Source of the DNA: Octopus sinensis
Lineage: Eukaryota
Direction of reading: 5' to 3'
Assembly: GCF_006345805.1 (NCBI RefSeq)
Contig: NC_042999.1
Location: 125,984,001-126,048,000 of the forward strand
DNA: 64,000 bases
The notes beneath the pieces are model-generated. The model was given only the letters and a program-made list of their open reading frames with translations, was not told the origin of the DNA and did not search any database. Of this stretch, positions 40,106 to 54,728 are shown one piece after another; position 1 is the first letter of the stretch; the number at the start of each line of letters is the position of its first letter. The position numbers and the translations under genes were made by a program.

Positions 40106-41079
40106 CTTTATTTTACAATTTAATCAAAGACGCAGAAATTACATTCTCAAGTGATCCCGAATTCGTAAGACTGACACAGGTGATGTCCACTATGGATACT
40201 CGCTCATAAAAAATATGGGTAGAGAAGAGATAGTGATATTTGGCCAGAATATTAGCAACATAGTAAACTCCACGAGCCAAGTGATGGTGTTAAATCAGGT
40301 GGCATGTTGTATATCAAGTTACTCGATCCTAACAAAAATCTAAAAACTTTAAAATACTGAATTTCAACATCGTGCAACTTCTCAGCACCTTTAATATATC
40401 TGCTATATTTCGTAATGTTGTTGATTTTTAAGTTACTTCTTCAATAATCGACGTTTAACGTACATGTTCTTGGCACAGCAAAGATTAGTGTAACTTACAT
40501 AACTTATAATTAAAAGTTACTAAATTAGACTACAAATCTGAGAGATCATCTGAAAATGATACTGTTAGTAATTACTACAATAACAACAACATCAACAAAG
40601 AGTCAAGAAGGACACACTGAACAATGTAATCTATTATATATAAGAAGTGCTGCTACAGTATTTAGTGGTAGAATAGCTTTGATTTTAGGTCTGTTTGATC
40701 ACGTTTGCTCTAGTCTAAACAACAGCAATAACAAGTAAATAATGATGATAATTATTTATTTTGCTACAGAGCAAAAGATAAATTACAAAACAAAATCAAA
40801 TATGAAAAAACCTGTATGGAATACAACATTTTTTACACGAAAAAGGGGAAATAATGAAAAATACGTTACAATAGATGGGCAGCCGTTTGGTAGAGATTGG
40901 ATTACCTGAGATCACAGCAATTAGTATTGTTGCCCAACTCCAGATTGTTGCTGAACAAGCAAACCTATCATCAAAAGTCTGGTAGCGGTGACCATTTCCT
41001 TAATTTTCTGTACATATAATTTTACATCATCCATTATGTCTTTTTCCCTCTATGACGATAGCATATGGTCTGAGGAAAA

Positions 41080-41390
41080 TAGGCTTAGTATTTCTCCTGC
41101 GGGGGATAATTCAGAAGCTGACGGAATTTGCACTCAGAATATAAAGATGGACGAAATGCTTGTAAGTATTTTGTCCGGCGTGCTAATAATTCTGCCAGCT
41201 CTCCAATTTAAACCATGAACTAATATTAGCTTCAAATTTTGGCTCAAGGTCAGGGGTTTCGAGGGAGGGGATAAATCGATTACATCGACCTTTGCGTTCA
41301 ACTGGTACTTATTTTATCCACCCGAAAGGATGAAAGGTAAAATGGACCACGGCGTGCTAACGAGTTTACCAGCTCGCCGCCGTCATAATA
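41080..41390 (-). mobile_element. SINE family A fragments (two)
   Basis: GGAATTTGCACTCAGAAT and AACTGGTACTTATTTTATC motifs. Confidence 0.65.
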
Positions 41391-42264
41391 ATAATGATAT
41401 GAATTGTAGTTTAATAAGCATAAAAGAATAATTTACAAGATTTATAATATTAATTAAAAAAGTAGGAGAAAAAGAAACAGAGTATAAATTTGGCTGATTT
41501 TCTTAGTTTAAAAAGTAATATTAAAGTAATAGTCTATACAGCTCTTTACGAAAAACACTTTAAACGCTTAAATGTCAACCGAGATAATTAGTCTGATATC
41601 AACAATAGCAGACAAATGCAAATGAAACAGAAACTTGATAACTTCACAATTTTATTTCTTACCAGCTTCGAGCTGTGGTAAGAGTGTTAGAATTGGGAAA
41701 TTACTAAATATCGACAATAACTATGAAGTCTTTCTCGGGAAACAAAATCAGTTTTGTTACAAAGAGTCAAGAGATGATAATAGTCCCAGTATCTGACTGG
41801 CACTTTATCTTTCGATCCTGGAAAAAAAAAAATGAAAGATAACGTCGACCGCAGTGGGATTTAAACTCAGAGAGCCAGAATAAGTGGAACAAAGCATTTT
41901 AGCCGATATCTTTCATGACTCTGCCACTTTCAACCTCTACTACATGCTAGTAGTACTTATTTTTACTACCACAAGAAAAATAAATTTGATGTCGCTGCAG
42001 ATTTAAAGTCAGAACTTTGAGATAGCAATTGATTACAGTTCACACATAATGATTATGAACCATTTCTATTATAGGAATTATACAAATTTGGTAACCGTAA
42101 GGATCTCTCTGTACTCTTATTATGGCTACCTTCCGACATGCATATATATATATATACATAATAATAATATATACATATATTATATAGACATACATACATG
42201 CATGTAGTTATGCTATATATATATATATATATAGGGATGTATTCACAAACACATACACACCCAC

Positions 42265-42302
<38 letters not shown>

Positions 42303-42884
42303 AATAATAATAATAATAATAAACGCGAATCCTCTCGCCGTTCGTCCGGGACCCTTGTATCTCAGTCTACACTTGCTCTACATAGACATAATATACCTTT
42401 TTTAGAACCAGGATGATCCTGGGATTGAAAATCTGCACTTCATTTGGTTCTGGAACATCCAGCATTGGGACCAGGTCTGGATTAGGATTTGTTATATGCT
42501 AATAGTTGAAAATTCAAATTTCAAAAGAACTCCCAAAATTTGTTAACTTTTTCATTTAAACTTAATTGAAAGTAATACCACATTGGTAGGGTACCAATAA
42601 ATGCTTCATTATCGCACTCCTTAGTTTTGGGCCACAGGCCTAATTAGCCCTCCGCAGGATCCACAGTAAAAGTCCACACACACACAAACACACACACACG
42701 TATATATATATACACACACACGCATATATATATATACACACACACACACATAAAAACAAGAATCGAACCGACAGCCTTATGATCGCATGCACAAAAATCT
42801 GACCACGAACTAGATCAAACACATTCTCTCTCACTCCCTCTCTCTTTCTCTCTGATACATACGCAGACTTGTGTGTGTGTGTTC

Positions 42885-42987
<103 letters not shown>

Positions 42988-43689
42988 TATGTACGTACAT
43001 GCATGTGTGTACGTGTTTGTTGATGTAGGTACATATATATAACGTATGAATAAATACAGAAGTACATATATATATATATATATCGTATGTGTATATATGT
43101 GTATATATGTATGTTTTTACATATATATAGTTATACCTGTATATACATTATATATACATATACATACATCTATACACACAAACATACAATCACACATACA
43201 AACATCGTCACTCATATATACATATACACAGTGGAGAGCGCTAAAGATAGATGAATGTATGTACGATTGTATGACCCTATCCCCATTCCTCTAAACAATT
43301 TCCTTCATCAAAATTTAGACAAGCGTTACTAATTCTTGCTGCATAGCTCTTCTCTCGAGCTGTCTTGGCCATCAACTGATGGGACACGAATTAGCAAGTC
43401 ACAGCTGGCAATTTCTCTTACCCTCTCTCTTTGTCTGATGACACGACGTTCAAAATCTGGTATTTACAACTTTTGTTTCACGAAACTACTGGTGCGGTAT
43501 CATTTTTACATGTACACATCTCCCCATCTCTTACACCATCTGCAATTTTCTCTACGTCTGTGTTTGTGAATGCCTGCGCGTAAAATATGTGTGTGTATGT
43601 GTGTGTGTGTGTGTGTGTGTGTATCATGGTTGTGTGGTAAGAAGTTTGCTTCCCAACCACATGATTCCGGGTTCGGTCCCACTGCATGA

Positions 43690-44035
43690 CACCTTGACGG
43701 TCGGAATGTCGCTAAGCATTATGCACGGCGTGCTAAAGATTATGCCAGCTAGCCGCCTTAACAACCTACTTCGTCTTTCATCCTTTCGGGGGTCGATGTA
43801 ATCGACTTACACCCTCCCCCAAAATGACTGGCCCTATCTCAAAATTTGAAGCCGATATTATTTTGTTTTCTTAGCAGCATTTCGTCCGCCTTTACATTCT
43901 GAGTTCAAATTCCTCCAAGGTCGACTTTGCCTTTCATCCTTTCGGGGTTGATAAAATAAGTACCAGTTGAGCACTGGGGTCGATGTAATCGACCTACCCC
44001 TCCTCCCCACATTGCCAAAATTTGAATCCAAAAGT
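43690..44035 (+). mobile_element. SINE family A fragments (two)
   Basis: TTCTGAGTTCAAATTCC..GGTCGACTTTGCCTTTCATCCTTTCGGGG. Confidence 0.7.
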
Positions 44036-44059
44036 ATTTCATGGTTTTAATTCAATGGA

Positions 44060-44468
44060 TCTCAAGAAATGCACAGCGACCCACTTTTCTACTTCAAGAT
44101 GAGATGTAGCAAGAATAATGAAATTATTGTAAACAAGAGCAATCAGAGAACGAAAACCTCCGCGAAGGCAACACCAACATCCTCTCAACGATTAACTAGA
44201 GATGATTTTTAAAAATAAGAATATCTGAAATAAACTCGACTGCTCTCACAAACGAAAATACTAAAAATGAACCCGACTGCTCTCAAAAATTAAGTAAAAG
44301 AACAAGAAAAATAATCCAGAACCCTTTTCCGGTACCGGATTGATCCCAAACATCCCTGAAAGTTTCATCCTAATCCATCCAGCGATTCTTGAGATATCAT
44401 GTTCACGGACAAACAAACAAACACGACTGAAAACAATACCTTCGCCTTTACTGAGGCAGAGGTAATAA
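44060..44468 (-). mobile_element. Probable Helentron-associated (HINE-like) element
   Basis: The minus strand begins ATTACCTCTGCCTCAGTAAAGGCGAAGGTATTGTTTTCAGTCGTGTTTGTTTGTTTG. The subterminal hairpin and (TTTG)n tract match this class as I recall it. The far boundary is uncertain. Confidence 0.45.
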
Positions 44469-45778
44469 ATGTGAAAATGTCAATGTTACTTCGTGTCTAC
44501 CACACTGATGATGATTTAGAAAAAATGCTGTTGTTTAACCCTCGGTCAGCGCTGATCCAGCACACTTGTGGCCAAAAGTGTTCCAGTTGTGACCGTTACA
44601 TACATCTTTTTGTACATCTAAGATTATATTACCCAAGGTCTTTCTTTTCTTAGACCATAGGGTGTCTTTAAGGAAGTTGTGAGATTTGACAGCTCTTTTT
44701 AATTTCACAGGTCAACGTGGAACAACTACGACTACGTAGGAGATCCTGGAGATCCTACATGTTTTAATGTTATTTTGCCTAAAGCAAGCTCTGAGCTATG
44801 ATCAAAGATATTCCAGCTATGACCTCTCAGTCTTTTATAGATAATGTATAAGTGTATACAAAACCGCATTCTCCAATGCACTCATACCTTAAGACTGTAG
44901 AGAGTGATTTGAAGAAGAATTAGCTGCTGTTTATAGCAGGGTCGTGTGACCATATAGCGGCCACCCTGGTTGGTTTGGTGTGTTGTTGGTGTCGTTGCTC
45001 ATGATGGTGATGGTGTCGACGGCGTTGTTGGTGTGAGTGGTGATTATAATATTGGTAGTAGTAGTGGTAGCGTTGTGATTGTTAATAGTAGGGTGGTTAT
45101 GGAATGGGCGGTGGTGGTGCTGTAGTTGCTGACGTAGTTGTAGTGTTGATGGTGGAGTTATGTTTGCTGCTGTTGTTATTGGAGGTGGTATTATGGTTCT
45201 TGCTTGCAATTGTGATGGTCGTAATGGCAGTCACGTTGTTATTGTTGATGTTAGCGGTGGTTCTATTGTAAAGTAACTTGGAGTGGGCGGACAGCCTGTG
45301 TTTGTATGTGTTTGTGTGCGCGCGGGTGCGTGCGTGTGTGTATGTCTATGTGTTTGCGGGTGTTTATACGTGTGCATGCATGCGTGTGTCTGTGTGTCTG
45401 TGCGTGTGTGTGTATGTATGTATGTATGAGTGTGTGTTGGGATGATATCTTAGGCGGAACAACAGTATCAGGTGACAAATTTTGACTAGCTTTAAATTAG
45501 CTTGTCTGTCTAGAGTGGTAAATACAGGTATAGCGGTATTGGTAGTGATGATGATGATGGTATTAGTAATAGGATAAAGTAAGAGGAGACGGAGGTGGAG
45601 AGAAGACATCCTATTTTAACATCACTTCCGTCACCCTCTTTTCCACTAGGGACAGCAGAGGGTTACACAGACAAGTGTGAGGGTAATAATAATAATAATA
45701 ATAATAAGGATGAAAACACGAAAATAACACGAAATAAAATGGAGGGAGATATTTAATAACGTATACACGCACGCCTCC

Positions 45779-45869
<91 letters not shown>

Positions 45870-46292
45870 CATACGGATGTGTTTGTGCGCATATGTGTGT
45901 CTGTGTTTGTGTGTGTGTATATATATTATATATACATATACATTTATGTATGTGTGTGTATACATAGATGTATGTGAGCGTCTATGTGAGTGCACGCGCG
46001 CATGTATATCTGTGTGTTATATATATATACCCACATGCTTTATGCTTCAGACGAAGGCTGGTGTAATGCACGAGGAAGTGAGAAGCAAAATAAAAGGATG
46101 ACACTGTTCAGAAGAAATGTTTGGTATTGAAAACGGATCGCATGGGAGTTCTTGATATCGTGACTGGGTATACCTGAACATCAACCACATCAATATCACC
46201 AGCATGGGAAGCCTGCTAAACTCAAGAGTGCTGCTAGTATTCTTCCTCTGACCAACTGAGAAACAAATATATTTGCATTCTTGCCATATATA

Positions 46293-46619
46293 TCTATATA
46301 TATAAAACTGTAGTTGTGTGAGTGTCTGTCCCCTTCGATTTAGATTCCTAACTACTCCCATATTTTGCGGTGCAGTTTAACCAAATTCGGGTATCTTATA
46401 GTCGTGATTCATATCGAGCCCGTCTGGGTATTAGCGCGCGTCTACGATGAGTCAAGGAGACCAGCGTTCTTTTAGAACAACGACTTCATGGCTTGAAGAC
46501 ACCAAAACAGAAATGGCTAAGAAAGCCCGAATTGGCATCTATAAGGGAAGTAACTCTCTAAAAATGCTTATATAGTTATTTCCCTTACAAACCCGAGCAA
46601 CGCCGGGCGATACTGCTAG
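46293..46619 (+). mobile_element. Non-autonomous Helitron, copy 1 (internally deleted)
   Basis: A|TCTATATATATAAAACTG at the 5' end. The 3' end has hairpin CCCGAGCAACGCCGGG followed by CTAG. Confidence 0.75.
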
Positions 46620-47178
46620 TCTATATATATAAAACTGTAGTTGTGTGAGTCTGTCCCCTTCGATTTAGATTCCTAACTACTCCCACATTTTGCGGTGCAG
46701 TTTAACCAAATTCTGGTATCTTATAGTCGTAATTCATATCAAGCCTGTCTGGGTATTAGCGCGCGTCTACGACGAGTCTACGATTTTAAAAATAATTTTA
46801 CATCATTTTTTATTCCATTTTAATGCATAATTTTTCGTGTGTCAAAGGCGGCGGAGTTGGCGTCCATGGTCACACCTGCACCTGTTTGCTTCTCCCCCTT
46901 CTTCCCTCCCTCGTGAAGCTGTGGGGAAGGGAGTGTAAGGAAATCAACGTCGTAAAGCGTTGTCAAGGAGACCAGCGTTCTTTTAGAACAACGACTTCAT
47001 GGCTTGAAGACACCAAAACAGAAAATGTCTACGATGAGTCAACGATTTAAAAAAAAATTACCATAGTTTTTTTTCCATTTTTAATGCATTTTCTTTGCTA
47101 TTTTTTGGCTATAACTCTCTAAAAATGCTTATATAGTTATTTCCCTTACAAACCGAGCAACGCCGGGCGATACTGCTA

Positions 47179-47179
<1 letters not shown>
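46620..47179 (+). mobile_element. Non-autonomous Helitron, copy 2
   Basis: Starts TC immediately after the CTAG of copy 1 and ends with hairpin + CTAG|T. Confidence 0.75.
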
Positions 47180-47219
<40 letters not shown>

Positions 47220-47220
<1 letters not shown>

Positions 47221-47620
47221 TTACTCTTTACTCTTTTACTTGTTTCAGTCATTTGACTGCGGCCATGCTAGAGCACCGCCTTTTAGTCGAGCAAATCGAC
47301 CCCGGGACTTATTCTTTGTAAGCCCAGTACTTATTCTATCGGTCTCTTTTTGCCGAACCGCTAAGTGACAGGGATGTAAACACACCAGCATCGGTTGTCA
47401 AGCAATGCTAGGGGAACAAACAGACACACAAACACATACACACATATATATATATATACACATATATTCGACTGGCTTCTTTCAGTTTCCGTCTACCAAA
47501 TCCACTCACAAGGCATTGGTCGGCCCAGGGCTATAGCAGAAGACACTTGCCCAAGATGCCACGCAGTGGGACTGAAACCGGAACCATGTGGTTGGTTAGC
47601 AAGCTACATTTGCTACACAC
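47220..47620 (-). mobile_element. SINE family C, near full length
   Basis: On the minus strand: head GGTTCCGGTTTCAGTCCCACTGCGTGGCATCTTGGGCAAGTGTCTTCT and a tail ending in (AAAGAGT)n. Confidence 0.8.
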
Positions 47621-47649
47621 ACACATATACATACATTCATATACATACA

Positions 47650-47705
<56 letters not shown>

Positions 47706-47714
47706 GGCAAGGCT

Positions 47715-48118
47715 GTTAATAGGCGCAGCTGAGTCTATGTGGTAAGCAGCTTGCGAACCCACATGGTTCGGAGTCCACCTTGGACAAATGTCTTCAACTA
47801 TAACCTCGGACCAACCAAGTCCTTGTGAATGGATTTGGTAGACGGAAACTGAAAGAAGCCCGTCGTATATATGTATTTAAAAAAATATATGTGTGTGTGT
47901 GTGTCTTTCTGCTTGTGTTTGTCCCCCCACCGCTTGACAACCGGTGTTGGTGTGTTTACGTCCCCGTAAACGTATCGGTTCAATAAAAGTGACCAATAGA
48001 ATAAGTACCAAGCTTTTAAAAAAATAAGTACTTGGGTCGGTACATTCGACTAAAAATTCTTCAAGGAGGTACTCCAGCCTGGCCACAGTCTAATGACTGA
48101 AACAGCTAAAAGATAAAA
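47715..48118 (+). mobile_element. SINE family C, near full length
   Basis: Homologous and inverted relative to 47220-47620. Other fragments lie at about 500-690, 2453-2612, 16522-16820, 23217-23860, 26920-27090, 29920-30020 and 48460-48570. Confidence 0.8.
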
Positions 48119-49859
48119 GATATACATACATACATACATACATACATACATACATACATACATACATACATACATACGTGTATATATATATATATATGTA
48201 AATATAATATGTTACAATTATTCGGTAGCCATGATAAAACTCCGAGTTTCGGATGTCGGGGCGGAAAACAACGCTGGCATCACTTCAGTTATCGGGTCAT
48301 CGATGGCCCGATAACTGAAGTAATACCAGGATTAAGAAAAGTCCTGGGGTCTAAAAATTCAAGGCGGTGCTCCAGTATGGCCACAGTCTAATGTAAAAAC
48401 AAGTAAAAAATATTTAGACACAATTTCTGTATATCAATTTCACTCAAAAGGCATTGACTAGTCCGGGGTCAAAAGCAAAAGACATCTGCACAAGGTGCAA
48501 CGCAGTGGGACAGAACCAGGAACCATGTGGTTTGGAAACAAACTTCTCACTACACAGCCAAACCTGTACCTTATATTTGTATGTTTCCTCCTATTTTTAA
48601 TTATTTGGGAACTTTCTGTAAGGAAGAGGCTTGTTTCTAACAAAGATAGATTTCTTTATTTAACCACATAGGCTTAGCAGAGAGAACAATAAAATGTAGA
48701 ATTTTTCTTTTCGAAATCGATCAAAAGGGATCGAAAAACGAGACGTTTTGGGGCGTGTACACAAACAGATAACAAGGTGGCGTCTTTTTTTCCCCAACAA
48801 TTTGAATTCCCAAAAAGGGGTGGCCGGGATATAACACTGACTAGAGTTATCCGTAGAAAGAAAAACCTACGAAATATAACCACGGTAACCTCGGCAAAAG
48901 GAAAAATCTATGAGAGCGAAATACCCTCTCTCTTTTTTGTTTGTTTTAACAAAGATAGAAAACTCCATCGCTGGAATATAGATTACAAAAAACACGTCAC
49001 ATTTTGCACTTAAGAAAAGTCTTGCATATTTTTACTTTTCTACTTACAGACTGATTTTGAGACGTGTATGTTAGCTGTTTGACTTTTTTTCTGATAACCC
49101 AACTTGACCAGATTGTCACTTTGGCATTTACTCACGAAACCGAGAGGACTAATTATTATTGGTATAAAAATCTAATATATGTATGCATATATTTATGATG
49201 AACATATGTATGCATGTATGTATATACGTAGAAATCCATGCATGTATGTATGATTGTATGTATGTATGTGTGATGTACATATATGTATGTATGACGTACA
49301 TATATGTATGTACGATGTACATATGTATGCATGTATGTAATATGTATGCATGTATGCATTTGAGTGCATACACACTCTCACACACACACATGTATGCATG
49401 TGTGAGTGTGGATGCCTGTGAACATTGTTATTTTATTTGTTTTTCCTTTAGAGAAAGAAAAAACAGTGGTTATGGCCCCATTCAATCAATGCCTCATAGC
49501 AGTTGGGAGGAAGAGAAATACGATGTGGCCCAAATGCTTGCAACAGAGTCGCCCCTGTTACAGACACCCGGAGACTAGGGTGGTGGTGTTAAAACGGGCG
49601 ACAGATTAAATCTACCATCCTTCTGTTTAACAACAGTATCACCACCACCACCACACCACCACCACCACCACCAACAACAACAACAACTACAACATGGACA
49701 AAAGCAATAATAATAATAATAAAAACCGAAACAAGGCCAAACAAAAGGCAAACAAGAAAACATCCGTCTTAAAACATGATGGTGCATCAGTGATCATTAA
49801 TACGTAACATGAAATTGGTATTGAAACTTTATACCGTGTTGTTTAATGGAGTGGATTAG

Positions 49860-50347
49860 AGCTGAACACGTAAGGAGTGTGACAATGGGGGGGGGGGTGC
49901 AGCGGCGGCGATGGCGACGGCGGTGGTAGTAGCGGCGGCGGCAACAGCGGCGGCGGCAACAGCAGCGGCGGAGGCAGCAGCAGCGGCAGCGGAGATGTTA
50001 TTTGCCGTGGAATGGTGTTGGTTGTGGTGGTAGTTGATAGTGGTGAGGGTCAGTGTGTGTGTGTGAGTGTGCATGTGTTTATGTGCGAGTGCGTGTGGGG
50101 ACAGAGGCAGGATGATTATTATGGTGATAGTGTAGTGGTGGGGGAGGTAGTGGTAATGGTGGTGGTGGTGGTGGTGGTGGTGGTAGTTTTGGTTGTAGGG
50201 AAGATGGTTGAATGGCCGTATGCGTATGAGGTGGTGGTGGTGGAGGGCCTTAGTAAGATGGTAAAGAGTGTCGATGGAAAGGGTCAAATAATTCCGATAT
50301 TGTATTCAAAAGGTAATGATAATAATAACAACAACAACAACAGCAGC

Positions 50348-50380
<33 letters not shown>

Positions 50381-51030
50381 CAGAGGTGGGGTGGGGAAAT
50401 GTTATTAAAGCATTCATTACTAGTTGTCAGGAGCCGACAAGCAGGTGTTGCGACCAAAGCAACAACATCAGTAACAGCAACAATAACAATAATAATAACA
50501 ATAACAAGAGTAGCAAATAATAACAACGGCAAACAAATAACAATAACAAAGATAACAAGAAAACACCCTATGAAGACACATGTCAGAGGGAGACCCTATC
50601 AGACGTGGTCCCGTGAACTCTGTCAGCGTAGACGACATTGCAAACTGATGACATCGTCTCTATCACCACCACCACCACCACCATCACCACCATCATAACA
50701 GCCCTCTTCCCCGTCTTCGCCGTCGCCGCCATCGTCACTATTACCATCATCGTCATCGTCCACCTCCTCATCATCATTATTGTCGTCGTCGTCGTCACCA
50801 CCATTATACCACCACCAAAGACACCACAAACGTCACCAGCAACATCACCGCAAATACAACCGCCATCTTGTCAACAACACAAACAGAAACACTACCACCA
50901 ATACCATAGCCACAAACACCACCACCATTACCATTGTCCACATCATCACACCAATCACTACCATCATCAACATCATCATCACTACCATAACCGGAAATGC
51001 GACTACCACCATCAACATCACTTTAACGAT
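49860..51030. repeat. Compound trinucleotide low-complexity region (GCG/GCA, GTG, AAT/AAC, CAC/CAT)
   Basis: Read directly. It explains the poly-A/V/N/H/T ORFs. Confidence 0.85.
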
Positions 51031-51458
51031 TGGTATCAACCTCACTGCCGCCTGGAGCCAACTAGCGATATTTTATGTAAGTCGTTCCACCTAAAAGATA
51101 TAGCAGCTAAATATACCTCATTTCATACCTAACTGTGTTTAAAGCAGTGAGAACACATGGGATAAAGTAGTCCTTGAGGTATCTACATTTACATATACAC
51201 TAAGTTCCTGAGGCAGTGGAAATACCATAAGAGCTTGGTGTATAGCAATTATATGGATGATGGAACAACCGTTGCTTTTGAATTTAGTCCCTTCTTTATA
51301 AGAACGATGCCATATACACATAATCGCATGTGTATATGGAATACATGCAGAGAGACACACGTATACCTACATAAACAATAATGAAGCAGACTTTCTTGTG
51401 TAATAAAGCCACTTGCACACCTATGTATGTATGTATATATATATATATATATATATAT

Positions 51459-51830
51459 GAGGTTGGCAACTAAGTTTCCCCCGTCTTTTTTAATTTAATT
51501 TTTTTTAAGGTTTAATTAAAAAAAATAACAACTAATTAATCAATAATGTATTCACTCCTGTTATTTGCAACTTCTTCCCAACGTTCGACAAGATTTTCAA
51601 TACCTCTTTGGTAGAAATCACCCGATTTCGACTCTAAAAATTGATCCGACCAAGCTCTCAATTCAGCATCAGTATTGAACGAAATCCTGCGTATAGCATT
51701 TGAAAGAGATCGAAAGAGGTGGAAATCCGTTGGTACCAAATCAGAAGAGTACGGCGGGTGTGGCAGCACTTCTCAGCCATGCGTTTAAATGGCTTCCTTG
51801 GTCATATTGGCGACATGAGAGCGGTGATAG
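51459..51830 (-). mobile_element. mariner transposase C-terminal fragment
   Basis: ORF 51536-51769: LPHPPYSSDLVPTDFHLFRSL...FYQRGIENLVERWEEV, a PHPPYSPDLAPSD-like motif. Confidence 0.85.
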
Positions 51831-52059
51831 TTGGGGGACAAACACAGACACGAAGACGCACATATGCACAAATGCGCGCGCGTGCGCGCGCGCACACACA
51901 CACATATATAGAGAGATAATTATGTACATCAAATTTATTAAATGTTCAACTTGATTCCTCTTATAGCCTTTCTTTACCTTGTGGAAGGATTCCCTGTAAA
52001 GACATCGGAGTCTAAGTTTGAATTTTTTGAGCATTACCAAGTCTTCTATACGGATAATC

Positions 52060-52235
52060 TCTGGATCTCGGTATTTCGTCTGTCTTTACGTTCTGAGTTC
52101 AAATTCCGTCGAGGTCGACTTTGCCTTTCATTCTTCCGGGGTCGATAAATTAAACACCAGTTGCGTACTGGGGTCGATCTAATCGACTGGCCCCCTCCCC
52201 TAAAATTTCAGGCCTTGCGTCCAGAGTAGATAAGG
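52060..52235 (+). mobile_element. SINE family A
   Basis: B-box-like motif and family A body. Confidence 0.75.
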
Positions 52236-53268
52236 ATATATATGTATATATTTTATAAACATTACTTACGATACCTTGCTTTCACTCCCTCTCTCTCTGT
52301 AACTCCTTTTGCTCTTACGTATATATGTGTGCGTGCGCGTGTGCATGTGCATTTGTGTGTGTAATTAGTAAAGATAAAACCTCCGGGTTTTATTGTTACT
52401 GATTCATCTTCGTACAAGCCTACTTTAAGTCACTTTTAGGTACGAATATATAAATGCAGAGCTGTTCGAAACATTGCGATATATTAGAAAATAAATAAAT
52501 GAATAAATGAAAACATTTGGTAAACACCTTATGTTAGTTCACATACATGTTTTGAACTTGCAGTCCAATAGCGATCCTGAAGACGTAGAAGGTAGAATGT
52601 CATGTCTATCCTCATCTGTCTCTCTGTCACCCTTTCTCTCTCACTTTCTCCTTCCCTACCTCCACTTTAAACGAGGATAATTTCAACAAAGCAACATTTT
52701 ATTTGGTATGATATTTAATATTCTTGTACTCATCTGTTTTCTTCAAATACCTGCCACTAATCGCTCTGAATTATTCATCTTAGCTTATTTTCGTTTCATT
52801 TATCCAAATTTCCCTTTTATGTATTGTATGCCTAAAGGTACGAGCAGTTGCTGTGCCGATGACACTTATTCAGGCAGAAACATAACTACTGCTGTCCTTT
52901 TGTTTTCAAACAGACTATTTTTTCAGTAACGGGCATATCAGGTTTAGAGAATTTTTGATTCTGCAGAGTACCTCTTCTCATTTGGATTTGGTACAAGTTA
53001 CCATAAAATAGATTGTTCTACAATACGTGGAAGTAGAAATAATTTCAAATAACGAAGTACATTCCACTGACCATTCCGAGTAAATTCTCTGAGCACTTTT
53101 TTTCTCATACACACACGCACACACAGACACACACATATACACACACGCACACATATATACATAAGAACAGAAGGGGTTAAAGAGAGAGAGAGAGAGAGAG
53201 AGTGAGAGAGAGAGAGAGAAAGAGAGGGTGGAAGCGAGTTGTCGTCAGTGATGTGTACGAAATAAGAG

Positions 53269-53300
<32 letters not shown>

Positions 53301-53751
53301 CACACGTACACATGCGCGCACACACACGCACACTAACACTCACACACAAAAAAAAATCATAAAATCTGTCTGAGAATTTCTAACTCCTCATTTTCATATA
53401 TATTTCGTTTTAACCAAACTGTATGATGTCCAGCTGCACAAAGTTATTTAACTGACGTTACAGTTGCTTGGTCACTCCAACTTGTGACGACATCCTAGGA
53501 AAATATCGATGGAAACTAGATTTATTTCGCACACCCAACTACGTTTTTATAACAGCTATGTTTATACTCTCTGCACAGAAACACCCATACATACACGTAC
53601 ACACACATGCACACACACGACCATCTGTATATGCATATGGTGCATTTATAATGGCATATGCATATATTTTATATCCAATATATGTATATAGACACACTAT
53701 GTAAATATGTACACCACACAAATACACTAACTCCTACGTTTATATATAAAA

Positions 53752-54002
53752 GTAAATGCGCCCTTTTAAAGCCTAGCTAGGCTCATGGGCTAGGCTTTCC
53801 GGTTTCTATGGTGTATGTGTAACTCAGCTGGATGGGACGCTAGTCCATCGCAGCGTTACTCATTTTTGCCAGCTGAGTGGACTGGAGCAACGTGAAATGA
53901 AGTATTTTGCTCAAGAACACAACGCGTCGCCCGGTCCAGGGATCGAAATCACAATCTTACGATCATGGTGCTGACACCCTAACCACTGAGCCACGCACCT
54001 CT
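53752..54002 (-). mobile_element. SINE family B
   Basis: Reverse complement of 20611-20860. Confidence 0.8.
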
Positions 54003-54012
54003 ACCCTACGTT

Positions 54013-54090
<78 letters not shown>

Positions 54091-54107
54091 GTGTGTGTGG
54101 TGTGTGT

Positions 54108-54143
<36 letters not shown>

Positions 54144-54156
54144 GTGTGTGTGTGTG

Positions 54157-54198
<42 letters not shown>

Positions 54199-54728
54199 GT
54201 GCGTGTGGTGTGTGTGTGTGTATGTGTGTGGTGTGTGTGTGTGTGTGGTGTGTGTGTGTGTGTACACACACGCACACACACAAATATATATCTTTTAATT
54301 CGTTTATGCTAACGTTAAAGGTATGCAAATAAAGCTCCTGTTTCTTTTGCCGACAACCGTTTAATGATACTGACCAGTCAGTCAGTTTTTCGGAGTTGCA
54401 TCATAGTTATACTGATATAATGTAGGGTAAATGAATTAATGATGATGATCAACGGGATGCCTACAGATAATACGGACTATACTGTTCTAATACCTAGGAT
54501 ACCGACTCTGACGTTAAAATCATGTGGTTTGTGGAAACACGCGTAGCTATGTATTACACAGTTATAAACTCCATCCTAGAATTATCCAAAATGTATGTTT
54601 TTATACATATATCATTATCTTTTATCTTTTACTTGTTTCATTCATTAGACTGCAGCCATGCTTACATAAACCTTGACGAATTTTGGGGTTAAATGAATCG
54701 ATTTCAGAACTTATTTTTATACATACAT

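Noticed and set aside
46047-46290. Possible Wnt7 signal-peptide exon (MLVILMWLMF...)
   Set aside because: No Wnt similarity or donor site, and exon 2 would have to lie between here and 33343, where I found none.
50012-50698. 228-aa ORF and overlapping poly-V/N/H/T/A ORFs
   Set aside because: Arise from stop-free trinucleotide repeats, with no domain or splice context.
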